A stretch of DNA of 64,000 nucleotides from Candidatus Woesearchaeota archaeon (lineage in GTDB: Archaea > Nanobdellota > Nanobdellia > Woesearchaeales > JABMPP01). Made by a program: the position numbers and the translations under genes. The notes under the pieces are model-generated. The model worked only from the letters and a program-made list of their open reading frames with translations. It searched no databases and had not been told where the DNA came from. Location of the stretch: positions 64,856 through 128,855 of the forward strand of contig JAGVYD010000009.1 of the NCBI GenBank assembly GCA_018303405.1. The letters run 5' to 3'. Position 1 is the first letter of the stretch, and every line of letters begins with the position of its first letter. Shown here one piece after another: positions 1 through 9,350 of the stretch.

Positions 1-784
1 CAGGCTGCTCGAAGATTTCCTTGAGCATGAAATGCTTGAAGCCCTTTTTCTCAATCTGGTCAACGGACCAGGAAACTCTTTCAACTTTCTTGGCCTGGCC
101 AGTATTGTCACCATCGGTGATGTTATAGCCAGACTTTGTCAGTGTAAGGACATCTCCGTCATCCAGATAGATTACTTTCTTTGTGTATTCGACGATTGGT
201 GAGACATCACTTCCAATGAAATACTCATGGTCGCCTATCCCCAGAACGAGGGGGCTGCCATTTTTCGCAGCGACGATTTTGCTTTCGTCTTTGTGGATGA
301 CCAGGATTCCATAAGTTCCAACCAGCTGCCTGAGCGTCATCAAAACAGCCTGTTCGAGATTGCCCTGATAGAATTTTTCCACAAGGTGGGCAATGACCTC
401 TGTATCAGTTTCGCTGGAAAATTTGTGGCCTTCCTTAATCAGAATTTGCTTGAGGCTGTCAAAATTCTCAATTATGCCATTATGGACAACTGAGATTGCA
501 GCATTGCATGAAAATTGAGGATGGGCATTCTGCTCAGAAACCCCGCCGTGCGTTGCCCAGCGTGTATGCCCGATTCCAATGCCAATCCCATTATTCTCCT
601 TCATGCGCTTGGCAATGATTTTTGCCTCGCCAATTTTTCCAACGTGCCTCTCAGATTCGATTTTGCCACGCGCCTTTGATGCAACTCCCCAGGAATCATA
701 GCCTCTGTATTCTAGTTTTTTCAGGCCTCTGACTACTACATTAAGAGGCAACTTCTTTCCAATGTATCCAAAAATTCCGCACAT
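1..784 (-). CDS. glmS: Glutamine--fructose-6-phosphate aminotransferase (N-terminal part; runs off the window edge)
   Basis: Manual translation from ATG at 784: MCGIFGYIG...GLKKLEYRGYDSWGVA, the class II glutamine amidotransferase N-terminus of GlmS. Not in the ORF track. Confidence 0.93.
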   Translation of the reverse strand, partial: MCGIFGYIGKKLPLNVVVRGLKKLEYRGYDSWGVASKARGKIESERHVGKIGEAKIIAKRMKENNGIGIGIGHTRWATHGGVSEQNAHPQFSCNAAISVVHNGIIENFDSLKQILIKEGHKFSSETDTEVIAHLVEKFYQGNLEQAVLMTLRQLVGTYGILVIHKDESKIVAAKNGSPLVLGIGDHEYFIGSDVSPIVEYTKKVIYLDDGDVLTLTKSGYNITDGDNTGQAKKVERVSWSVDQIEKKGFKHFMLKEIFEQP

Positions 785-789
785 TTGTT

Positions 790-1488
790 TCACCTGGCCC
801 CTTTGAGATAATTATCAATAAGTGGTATGTCCTCTGGACAGCCCATGTCAATCCAGGCGTCCTGGCATTTTACAGTCCGAATTTTTTTGCCTTTTGCGAG
901 CAGAGTCAGGGCATCTGTGAGCTCATATTCCCCCCTAGAGGATTTGCCTATTTTTGCAATTGCATCATAAATTTCAGGAGTAAATTTGTAAAGCCCTGTA
1001 TTTATTTGATTCCCGACAAATTTTTTTGGCTTTTCAACTATGCGGGAAAGATAGCCTTTTTTCTCCACGATAATGCCGTACCTTTTCCAGTCCTTGACTT
1101 TTGTGGTGGCCACATAGCTGAGTTTATCGTCTTTTGAAATTTTTCGGAGGTCAGGCACAGACCATAAACTGTCCCCGCCGAGGGCAATAAACTGGTCATG
1201 GCCAGTGAATTTTGAAGCAAGCTTTAAGGCATGGGCAGTCCCGAGTCTTTTGTCCTGGTGGATTAAACGGGCTTTAAAGCCATATTCCTGCAAAAATGAT
1301 TTGACTTTGCTGCCTTTATGCCCAACAATAATTGCATAATCCGAATAGCCTGCTTTTTTCAGGCGAATGAGCAGATGATAGAGAAAAGGTTTGCCATTTA
1401 TATGTATCAATGGTTTAGGCACCAGTTTGGTGAGTGGCATCATCCGCACGCCTTTTCCCGCAGCCATAATAACAGCTTTTCTTATCAT
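790..1488 (-). CDS. Sugar-phosphate nucleotidyltransferase (GlmU/RmlA-like N-terminal domain only)
   Basis: AVIMAAGKGVRMMPLT..PKPL, LGTAHAL, VEKP, SRGEYELTDA motifs; directly upstream of glmS; start refined to MIRKAV. Confidence 0.88.
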   Translation of the reverse strand: MIRKAVIMAAGKGVRMMPLTKLVPKPLIHINGKPFLYHLLIRLKKAGYSDYAIIVGHKGSKVKSFLQEYGFKARLIHQDKRLGTAHALKLASKFTGHDQFIALGGDSLWSVPDLRKISKDDKLSYVATTKVKDWKRYGIIVEKKGYLSRIVEKPKKFVGNQINTGLYKFTPEIYDAIAKIGKSSRGEYELTDALTLLAKGKKIRTVKCQDAWIDMGCPEDIPLIDNYLKGAR

Positions 1489-1770
1489 GGTAAAAAGAAC
1501 AAACTTGATGTGGTATAAATATTTAATTGAAAAAAACATTATAATAAAAAGTGAAATAAAGATTGGATAACTATTATTACATGAATTTAAGTGATTATAA
1601 AACTTTAAATTCTTTTTTAGAATGACAAATAGATTAAATTAAATTTTAAATGTTTATAAGTGTATATTTTGAAATTTTATATTATAAAATACTATAAGAA
1701 TATTATAATGAAATTTATAATAATACAAAAAGTTTTTAAATAATAAAAGATTTCCTGAGCCCGAATTAAA

Positions 1771-2712
1771 ATGGTTGAGAGCTTCATAGTAAGGGATGAG
1801 GGCAAAGGGCTTCAGCGGCAGAGTATTAAATTGCTTGACAAGCCTTCGGCAATTAAATTAATAGACAATGCTGCACGGATAGAAATCATTAAAGCGCTTA
1901 GCAAAATGCCCATGTATCCTGCAGAGCTTGCAAAGGCCCTGAAAATGCATGAGCAATTGGTATATTACCACATCAAGCAGCTGATGAACGCTAGCATAAT
2001 CCACGTCGTGGAAAGGCAGGAAATCAGGGGCACAATGGCCAAAAAACTGGCAGTAAAAGACTTGAATTTTGCTGTGCTCCTCAGCGATGATTGGAAGGAC
2101 TTTTCAGTTGCTGAAACTGGGCTGATGGATAAAAAACTTAAGGCATTTCTCGAGCCCCTGGTAATGGAAGGGGAACTGCAGGGCAAGATAGTCGTCGGCA
2201 GTCCTGATCCCCATGGCCCGTTCAAGGCAAGGGCAAGGGACAGCCATTATGCTATTGATTTGTCGATTTTCCTCGGTAAATATGTAAAAATGCCATCTGA
2301 CTTCGCTGTCAGCCTTGATGTTGACATCAATTTATCGTCGACGGACACCAATTTCCTGTTGGTTGGCGGGCCGGTAACCAACCTTGTGGTGTCGACGGTG
2401 CAGGAAAAAATGCCAGCCAGGTTTGCTGACAATAAACCGTGGGGCCTGTTTTCGGATAAGACCCAGAAAAAATATACAGAAGAGTCAATTGGAGTAGTGG
2501 CAAAAATCCCCAATCCTCACTTTCCCAACAGATATGTCATTATACTTGCTGGAATAAGCAGCCCGGGCACAAAAGCAGCAGTGCTAGCTCTCACTCGCCA
2601 CACTAAGAGACTCATGGGCTCATATACAGGACAAAAGGCATGGTCAGCAATTGTGCAGGGATTTGATGAAGATGGTGATGGGAAACTTGACAGTGTTGAG
2701 ATTTTGGAATAA
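1771..2712 (+). CDS. ArsR-type HTH regulator fused to an S-layer-like C-terminal domain
   Basis: N-terminal RIEIIKAL..PMYPAELAKAL...VYYHIKQL wHTH; C-terminal LLVGGPVTN / IILAG..GTKAA motif like S-layer C-terminal domains. Confidence 0.7.
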   Translation: MVESFIVRDEGKGLQRQSIKLLDKPSAIKLIDNAARIEIIKALSKMPMYPAELAKALKMHEQLVYYHIKQLMNASIIHVVERQEIRGTMAKKLAVKDLNFAVLLSDDWKDFSVAETGLMDKKLKAFLEPLVMEGELQGKIVVGSPDPHGPFKARARDSHYAIDLSIFLGKYVKMPSDFAVSLDVDINLSSTDTNFLLVGGPVTNLVVSTVQEKMPARFADNKPWGLFSDKTQKKYTEESIGVVAKIPNPHFPNRYVIILAGISSPGTKAAVLALTRHTKRLMGSYTGQKAWSAIVQGFDEDGDGKLDSVEILE

Positions 2713-3312
2713 AATGAGCATTTAATAAGCATTTCCACGATGGTCCGTATTGCAGAGATTTATTTTCATATATAGTGTATATGATAGAACCAAAAAATTC
2801 AAGTGGCCGGGCAAGAAAAGGCAAATTCGGCAGATATGCGGAGCAAATCTGAGCTTGCCAAATCATAGGAACCCTCACTTTCCATATATCAGATACTTGC
2901 GAAATACCCAAAAAAAGATGCATAATGCCAAAGTTGAGAGGTTGATTGTGCTAATATGCCCTGCAAATCCTCGATATGGCCACTCAGGCTGCCGTGGCAA
3001 CCCATAAAAGAGGGGAGTCTCGAAAACACACGTTTCCCATATATAAACAAGTTATAAACAAGTTTAAACAGCAACAGGGAAGGGATGGAAAGCATGATAG
3101 AAGGTATATATCAGATATCAGCAATGTATTCCAGATATGAATTCCATATGTGTGCATTTTAGTGCTGATGGGTGAAAAGATGATATGGAAAGGTCATTTT
3201 TGATGTTAGTTAAACTGTCAAGAGTATATAAAATAGATAAAAAAGACTGTAAAATGCTTCAAAAATTAAACCAAACTTTATAAGACCTTAAAATTATAAG
3301 GAGGGATTTAAA

Positions 3313-4005
3313 ATGCGACTATTCAGAAAAAAACCAGCTATAAACGCAATTACAGAGCTAAATAAGAGCATGTCAAAAGTTGACAGGGACATATACCTAA
3401 TACAGCAGTGGATTGCCCACTTGCATGGCAAGCATGAATTCATAAAAAATTCACATTTCAGGCATGTGGATATGACAAGGAGGGATGTGCAGGAGCTCAA
3501 TAGATGGATCAATTATTTGCACAGGCACAACCTTGAAATGCATAATTTCGTAAAGGAAACAACAAAAAACATACTGGATTTGAGAAAAAATCAGGAAGAT
3601 TTGCTAAAAAAGCTTGAAAAACTTGAAGAAGGACAACTGAGGACACTACAGAGGACAAGTCAAGGACAATTAAGGGACATGTCCCTCGTTGACCAGACTG
3701 CAAAGGAAATACGAATGATTACACCAGAAATAAACCAAATAGGTAATCAAAGCGAAACCAAATTTATCGGTAAGCATGAGTTCACAGGAAGCGAGATGGA
3801 GTTGATAAACATATTTTATCGCGCGGACAGGCCCCTGAGCTACCAGGATTTGTCAAAACTCCTCGGAAAAAAAGACAAAAGCATTAGGAACTTGATTTAT
3901 GAATTGAGGGCAAAAAAAGTCCTGGTAAAATCAAAGCCCATAGGCATAAGAACAAAAGGATTCTTTTTGGAAAAAGAAGAAAAAATAAGGGTATCCGGCA
4001 GGTAA
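3313..4005 (+). CDS. Coiled-coil plus C-terminal winged-helix DNA-binding protein, function unknown
   Basis: GAGGG RBS; helical N-half; C-terminal FTGSEMELINIFY..PLSYQDLSKLLGKKDKSIRNLIYELRAK wHTH. Confidence 0.7.
   Translation: MRLFRKKPAINAITELNKSMSKVDRDIYLIQQWIAHLHGKHEFIKNSHFRHVDMTRRDVQELNRWINYLHRHNLEMHNFVKETTKNILDLRKNQEDLLKKLEKLEEGQLRTLQRTSQGQLRDMSLVDQTAKEIRMITPEINQIGNQSETKFIGKHEFTGSEMELINIFYRADRPLSYQDLSKLLGKKDKSIRNLIYELRAKKVLVKSKPIGIRTKGFFLEKEEKIRVSGR
3631..3686 (+). repeat. Phased GGACA direct repeats ending in the palindrome AGGGACATGTCCCT
   Basis: GGACA at 3631, 3641, 3653, 3664, 3675 (spacings 10, 12, 11, 11); 14-bp palindrome at 3673-3686. Confidence 0.8.
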
Positions 4006-4013
4006 AAATGCCA

Positions 4014-4070
4014 TGTCCCAAATGATTTGTCCTTTTGTCCTCTAAGGACGGGACAAGTCGGGACAAATCA
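4014..4070. repeat. Mirrored TGTCC/GGACA array with a 10-bp inverted repeat
   Basis: TGTCC at 4014, 4028, 4036; GGAC(A/G) at 4046, 4051, 4061; TGATTTGTCC (4023-4032) is the reverse complement of GGACAAATCA (4061-4070). Confidence 0.8.
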
Positions 4071-4162
4071 ATTAGCCTTTTTGGGCATGATTTGACTTGA
4101 ATGGTGACTTAAGATGCAAATCCCTTGCCAATTTTTTTACTTGGCTTATTTGTTCCCAAGAA

Positions 4163-4693
4163 TCAATTCTTTCTAAGTTTAAGCGCTGAAAGGATCTTCT
4201 TTGCGAGGGTTTTTATGGTTTTCTTGCCAGTGTCCAAAATCAAAGGCCTGTGACCAAATGACCTCGCCTCTTCCAGGCAGATATCAAATATCTCAGAATC
4301 AAGGTTTTCCCTCACCTTTGTGGCAGAATACCCCCTTTTTCTAAGGCGGTTCCTGATTGTATGGAGGTCGGCTTTCACAATAACGCACAAATCCACATAA
4401 GATGCCGGCAGAAAGTGGGCCATATGGCCATCGACAATGATACCATTATGGCCCTGCAATGCCATTATAGCCTGCTTAAGATGCCTAACAAGATGGGATG
4501 CATCCACAATGTAAGTTTGACGCGCACGGTCATATTTTTCGTATAAGCCATGTTTTTTGGCAAATTTGCTGATTTCAATTAGTTTCCAGCGTTTGGAAAG
4601 TGAGAGTTCTTTGGCTATACTTGTCTTCCCTGTTCCAGGAGTTCCACTTATTGCCACTATAATGGGCTTTTGGATTGAAATTTTTTTGCTCAT
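4163..4693 (-). CDS. Archaeal AK6/Fap7-like adenylate kinase
   Basis: ISGTPGTGKTS P-loop, IVDGHMAH, RLRKRGYS..KVRENLDSEI. Confidence 0.88.
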   Translation of the reverse strand: MSKKISIQKPIIVAISGTPGTGKTSIAKELSLSKRWKLIEISKFAKKHGLYEKYDRARQTYIVDASHLVRHLKQAIMALQGHNGIIVDGHMAHFLPASYVDLCVIVKADLHTIRNRLRKRGYSATKVRENLDSEIFDICLEEARSFGHRPLILDTGKKTIKTLAKKILSALKLRKN

Positions 4694-4920
4694 TTTGATA
4701 TATAAGTATATTAATTGATTATTAATTTTATATTATTTGTAATATTGATTCAACTTATATATGAAATTATTTGCTTAATTTTGGCTTATTTTGATAAAAT
4801 TAAAGCGATGTTTTGACATGTTGCCCTCTTTGATGATTTTTACATTCATGATGATATATGATTGATACTCAATATGGGCAATTTTGGATAAGGTTTATGG
4901 TGCCTAATTTACAAAATTCT

Positions 4921-5613
4921 CTAATTTGCCTGTTTTCTTTCCCTGACCTTTTCAAGGAGAAAATACATGAAAATTGCAAAAACGGCTCCGACAAGGAACC
5001 AGACTGCGATACTGTTCCATGAAAAAAAAGAAGGGGAGGAAACGGATTGCGCGGTGCTGGCAGCAAAATCTGCCTGCGTTGCCGCAGCGCCCTGTGCTGC
5101 TGTTGCCGTGGCTGACACGTCAGCTGTGCTTTCTGCCATAAGCATTGGTGCGGCCTCTTTGGCTGCAATTGGGTCCATGCCGGCTGAACTGCGGGAAAGG
5201 GCACTAAAAAATATGTTGGATGACTGGTTTATGATGGCGATTACTGCTGTTGCTGCGAGTGTTATGATGCCAAGAGGGAATAGGCGCTTAAGTTTTTTCA
5301 TGAATCCTTCGTCGGTTGTGGCCGGCGCAATGATAATCAGCTTGTTTGCGAGCTTATAGTGGAGCATTTCCTTGCCTTTTTGGCTGTAGTGGAATTCCTC
5401 GGCGATTACAAGCTTGTTTTCGACCAAATGCTGGAGGTTGTAGTGGACTGTTGAAATAGGCATTTTCAGGGCCCTGCTTATCTCTGATTCCGTGGATTCC
5501 TGCTGGGATAGAAAATCAAGTATTTTCCTGCTGGTCTCATTGCTAATAACCTGGGCCAGCTTTTTAGCCTGGTTCTCCTTAAGTGAAACCAGCATGAATG
5601 ATTCTTCTGCCAT
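4921..5613 (-). CDS. Membrane-anchored ArsR-family wHTH regulator
   Basis: SRKILDFL..TESEISRALKMPISTVHYNLQHL HTH, then two hydrophobic segments around an Ala-rich linker; start refined to MAEESF. Confidence 0.78.
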   Translation of the reverse strand: MAEESFMLVSLKENQAKKLAQVISNETSRKILDFLSQQESTESEISRALKMPISTVHYNLQHLVENKLVIAEEFHYSQKGKEMLHYKLANKLIIIAPATTDEGFMKKLKRLFPLGIITLAATAVIAIINQSSNIFFSALSRSSAGMDPIAAKEAAPMLMAESTADVSATATAAQGAAATQADFAASTAQSVSSPSFFSWNSIAVWFLVGAVFAIFMYFLLEKVRERKQAN

Positions 5614-5824
5614 TCCAGATATAAATCCGGACATATATTTAAAATTGCCTGTGACTTCGAATCAGGTCAAAGTTATGATGGCATTTATGGCCTGGCCGCG
5701 TGAAGGTGTGTGAAGATGGATGCCTGGGAAATAGTGCGGCATAAATGTATATACATAAAATATTTAAATGATGGAATGTAAAAAATCCTATAAATGTCAT
5801 ATCAATTGTTCTTGGGGTGAGAGC

Positions 5825-6322
5825 ATGCAGTGCGAAATGTGCGGTATTAATATTGCCAGCCAGAAAGTCCTGATAGAAGGGACTGAAATGACGGTTTGTG
5901 CAGATTGCGGAAAGTTTGGTGAAATGATTGAGGCGCTTGCAAGCGCAAAAAAAGATGAAAAAGCCACAATCCAGAAAAGATCAGTGCTGTCGACATTCAA
6001 CACCCGGCCGCGCGCCATGCCAGAGCCTGAAATCCAGGAAATTATCGTCGGGGATTATGCTGAAATATTGCACAGGAAAAGGGAAAGGATGGGCATGACC
6101 CAAAAGGAATTTGCTGCATTCTTAGCAGAAAGGGAATCCATAATACACAAGATTGAGACAAATTCCTATGAGATGCCGATAAAAATGGCCAGGAAGTTTG
6201 AGAAATTGCTCAAAGTCAGCCTCATTGAAGAATATGAGGAGAAGAAAATCAGCATGGGCAATGCTTCATCCGGAGACCAGGTCACAATAGGCGACTTGAT
6301 CACAGTCAGGAAACGTGCCTAG
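5825..6322 (+). CDS. Archaeal multiprotein bridging factor 1 (aMBF1)
   Basis: MQCEMCG...VCADCGKFG zinc ribbon, HTH (RERMGMTQKEFA..ERESIIHKIE), C-terminal TIGD. Confidence 0.92.
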   Translation: MQCEMCGINIASQKVLIEGTEMTVCADCGKFGEMIEALASAKKDEKATIQKRSVLSTFNTRPRAMPEPEIQEIIVGDYAEILHRKRERMGMTQKEFAAFLAERESIIHKIETNSYEMPIKMARKFEKLLKVSLIEEYEEKKISMGNASSGDQVTIGDLITVRKRA

Positions 6323-7901
6323 CGCTGAAGATGTAATAAGAGCAGATAAGGCCGTTCTCCTCATAATTAGTATTGAATTCTTGCCTTATTTGTGCGAATA
6401 AAGCGGACTTTGCAGATTCACAGCCTGCATCCCATGGTGGGCATTCAAAATCGCATGTATCAATCAGTATGTCGCTCGCTGACCGCAGCTGGTTCGAAAG
6501 CTGTAGGATTTTTTGGCTATCAAACAATGGATAGTACATCAGGCCACTTGACTTCAAGTCGCTGTTTGCCATGAACAGGGGGCTTGAGACCCATACCTGC
6601 GCCTGATTGTCGAGACTTGAAAGGTGCTCATTGAATGCAGAGGGGATATAACGTGGAGCGTAATTCCAAGCTTGACCGATGCCGACGTAAGATTGTGCCA
6701 TCCATGCCATCCCCGCAATGACCGAGATAATGACAATGGTTTTTTCAAAGGTTTTTACACGCGCATGAACATCTCCTACACGGATAGTCCTTGCAGACTG
6801 CCATGCCGTGAAAAGCCCAAAGCCCGCCAAAATGTACAGATAGGGCAAAAAGGCAAGTGCAAACCTCATTTCCTTGTGCTGGATTATGGTGAAATATGCA
6901 AAATACAGGATAAACAGGCAAGTGATGAGCCACGCATGCCAATAAAATTTGGATTTGTCTTCTGATTCATGCTGCCTATCCACCGCCGCGTCCCTTTGTG
7001 CCCACCGCCTTATGCCAAGAATGCCTGCAATAAAAAATATTGAGAGGAAATTTTCCTTAAGCAGGCCAACAACGTAAAAGCCAGCTGGCTTCCAATAGAT
7101 CCAGCCAGTGTATTTTGACATGAAAATTTGGCGGATAAATGGCTGAAAAATATTGCCATACATTCCAAAATTGAATGCCAAAAATGGAACCAAGATGGTC
7201 AAGAACCCCAGTACAATTGCAATGACATCACCATTTCCTCGCCAAGGACCTGCAGGTCTTCCTTTTTTGTTTGCAGCCAATGCCATTATTACCGTCAAGA
7301 CGAGCATTGCCAGGAAAACAGCCAGATGCAGGAAACGGGCAATAAAAGCCAAAGCCAAAACAACTCCTGAAGAATAAAGATGCCTCCTGATAAACAAATA
7401 AATGCCAAAAAGCGACAGGCATACAGCCAATATATCAGTTAGTATGAGACCCTGGAAAAGAACAAAGGTTGGGGAGAAGGCAAGCATTGCCGAAGCGAGC
7501 AGGGCTGTGGGCCTTCCGAAAATATTCATGGCAATTGTGTAAGCAAGGTAGATTGAATAGAGGCCTGCGGCGAGCATAAGCACCTTGCCGGCAATTAGCG
7601 GGTCAAGCCCGATTTTCCAGGCAAGGCCAAGGATTACAGGGAGCAAGGGGGGCCTTACATCCTCCCAAAAGCCTGAGGCACCGTTAGAAAACATGTATTT
7701 TCCCATGCCTATGTAAACTGAGGAATCCCACCAAACTGATGTTGCAGAAAAATGGAACAGGGCAATTGCCAAGGAGATAAGCAGTATCAAGGAAAGCAGT
7801 GGGTCACTCAAATGGCCATATTTTCTGCCTGTTTTGCCTGATTGGCCAGCCTGAAATTTTTTCCTCGACATGAAAAGCCTCCGTCTGCCATATAGCATCA
7901 A
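6306..7901 (-). CDS. GT-C fold glycosyltransferase (GT39/ArnT-like)
   Basis: WWDSSVY, RPPLLP, many TM helices, KEMRF motif. Confidence 0.85.
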   Translation of the reverse strand: MMLYGRRRLFMSRKKFQAGQSGKTGRKYGHLSDPLLSLILLISLAIALFHFSATSVWWDSSVYIGMGKYMFSNGASGFWEDVRPPLLPVILGLAWKIGLDPLIAGKVLMLAAGLYSIYLAYTIAMNIFGRPTALLASAMLAFSPTFVLFQGLILTDILAVCLSLFGIYLFIRRHLYSSGVVLALAFIARFLHLAVFLAMLVLTVIMALAANKKGRPAGPWRGNGDVIAIVLGFLTILVPFLAFNFGMYGNIFQPFIRQIFMSKYTGWIYWKPAGFYVVGLLKENFLSIFFIAGILGIRRWAQRDAAVDRQHESEDKSKFYWHAWLITCLFILYFAYFTIIQHKEMRFALAFLPYLYILAGFGLFTAWQSARTIRVGDVHARVKTFEKTIVIISVIAGMAWMAQSYVGIGQAWNYAPRYIPSAFNEHLSSLDNQAQVWVSSPLFMANSDLKSSGLMYYPLFDSQKILQLSNQLRSASDILIDTCDFECPPWDAGCESAKSALFAQIRQEFNTNYEENGLICSYYIFSARHVS

Positions 7902-7907
7902 ACTGCA

Positions 7908-9338
7908 TCACTCCTTGTAATTATAATAATTTGCCTCCCACTGCCCGTTGGCAATAAAATACCTTGATCCCTGCCTTGCATAAACGCGGGGCTCCCTGAG
8001 GTCATGCAGAATCAGCACATGCTCTGCAGGCCCAAGATTGGGAAAATCATGTATTTGCCTCACTTCCATTTTGGAATAGTATGCGATCACAGGGCAGTTG
8101 AGATTGCAGTAGACAATTGAGCCATCGGCAATATTTAGCCTCAAGAAACCAGAGGCATCCTTTGTGACCTGCCTTAACCCATTCTCAAATCCAATTGAGG
8201 GTGTATAGGCCCTGGAATATCCCTGTGCCTGCAACATTAAAATGATTACAACAATCGGGAAGATAACCTGTGATTTAATATTGGACAGGAACAAAGAACA
8301 CGATAAAATAACAGGGAGCAATGCGGGCAATAAAAAACGCTCGGCTTCCCATTCCATGGAGATTGGCTTGGCAACGCCTCGCTGCAGTATCACAAAATAG
8401 TACAAAAGCATGAAAAGCGCCCAATACATCATGAAGCTACTGAAATTCCCTGAATAAGATTTTCGCCCATGAAAATTATAAAAGGCAAAAATTATGAAAA
8501 TTACTATAAACAGGCCGAAGAAATCGGCCAATGACCACAGGGAAAATGCGAGGCTTGTGGGCTCATTCTCTGCAACCACATGAAATGCGTCATGGAAAGG
8601 CCGGTAAAGATTCCCAAAGGTTGCATGGCTCCATGCCAAATATGGCACCATTGGCAATATTGCAAACACGGCAAACAGCAAGAGAGGAGCTGACAGGCTG
8701 GATAATTTGGCAGGCCAGGAAGGGATGGGAATAAGATAAATCAGCGCCAGAAATAATACGCCAGCATATATTATTGATGTGAATTTGACAAGGATGGATA
8801 ACCCAAATATAAGGCCAGAAATGCCCATGTAAATATTTTGCATGGAGAAATTGCTTTTTTTTGCTTTAGGGACCTGTGCAATTCCGCGAAAGAAAAAGTA
8901 TACGGAAGCGCCCGAGATTAGGGCTGCAAGTGCATCGGTCATCACCCATTTACTGGCAAGGATGTGGAAAGGCAAAAGCGAGACAATGACAGCTGAAATC
9001 CATGCTGCCTTACTGCTGTGCTGTTTTGCAAATTGAAAAGCCAGCAGCACCATAAGGCTGTTCAGAAATGCCATCAGGACCCTGGACCAGACTTCAGCAT
9101 CCAACCCCAGAGAGTAGATGCCTGATAGCATCATTGGAAGCAATGGTGGCCTGATATTAAGCTCGGTATAGCTTGCAGGCATGCCTGCATAATATTGTGC
9201 ATTTTGAAGATAAACTGTCTCATCCCAAAAGAAATAGCTTGTATCCACCGGGAACAGCCTTATTACAAAAGAAAATAGTATTAATAGCGCAAGGAATATA
9301 TTTTCATATGCCTTATTCTTTCGGTCATGCTGCTTCAT
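7908..9338 (-). CDS. GT-C fold glycosyltransferase (GT39/ArnT-like)
   Basis: FWDETVY, RPPLLP, MTD, VKF, ERFLLP; polytopic. Confidence 0.85.
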   Translation of the reverse strand: MKQHDRKNKAYENIFLALLILFSFVIRLFPVDTSYFFWDETVYLQNAQYYAGMPASYTELNIRPPLLPMMLSGIYSLGLDAEVWSRVLMAFLNSLMVLLAFQFAKQHSSKAAWISAVIVSLLPFHILASKWVMTDALAALISGASVYFFFRGIAQVPKAKKSNFSMQNIYMGISGLIFGLSILVKFTSIIYAGVLFLALIYLIPIPSWPAKLSSLSAPLLLFAVFAILPMVPYLAWSHATFGNLYRPFHDAFHVVAENEPTSLAFSLWSLADFFGLFIVIFIIFAFYNFHGRKSYSGNFSSFMMYWALFMLLYYFVILQRGVAKPISMEWEAERFLLPALLPVILSCSLFLSNIKSQVIFPIVVIILMLQAQGYSRAYTPSIGFENGLRQVTKDASGFLRLNIADGSIVYCNLNCPVIAYYSKMEVRQIHDFPNLGPAEHVLILHDLREPRVYARQGSRYFIANGQWEANYYNYKE

Positions 9339-9350
9339 CTACTGCCCCTT

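Noticed and set aside
2750..3095. Short ORFs in the large intergenic region
   Set aside because: Weak starts, atypical composition and no recognisable motifs.
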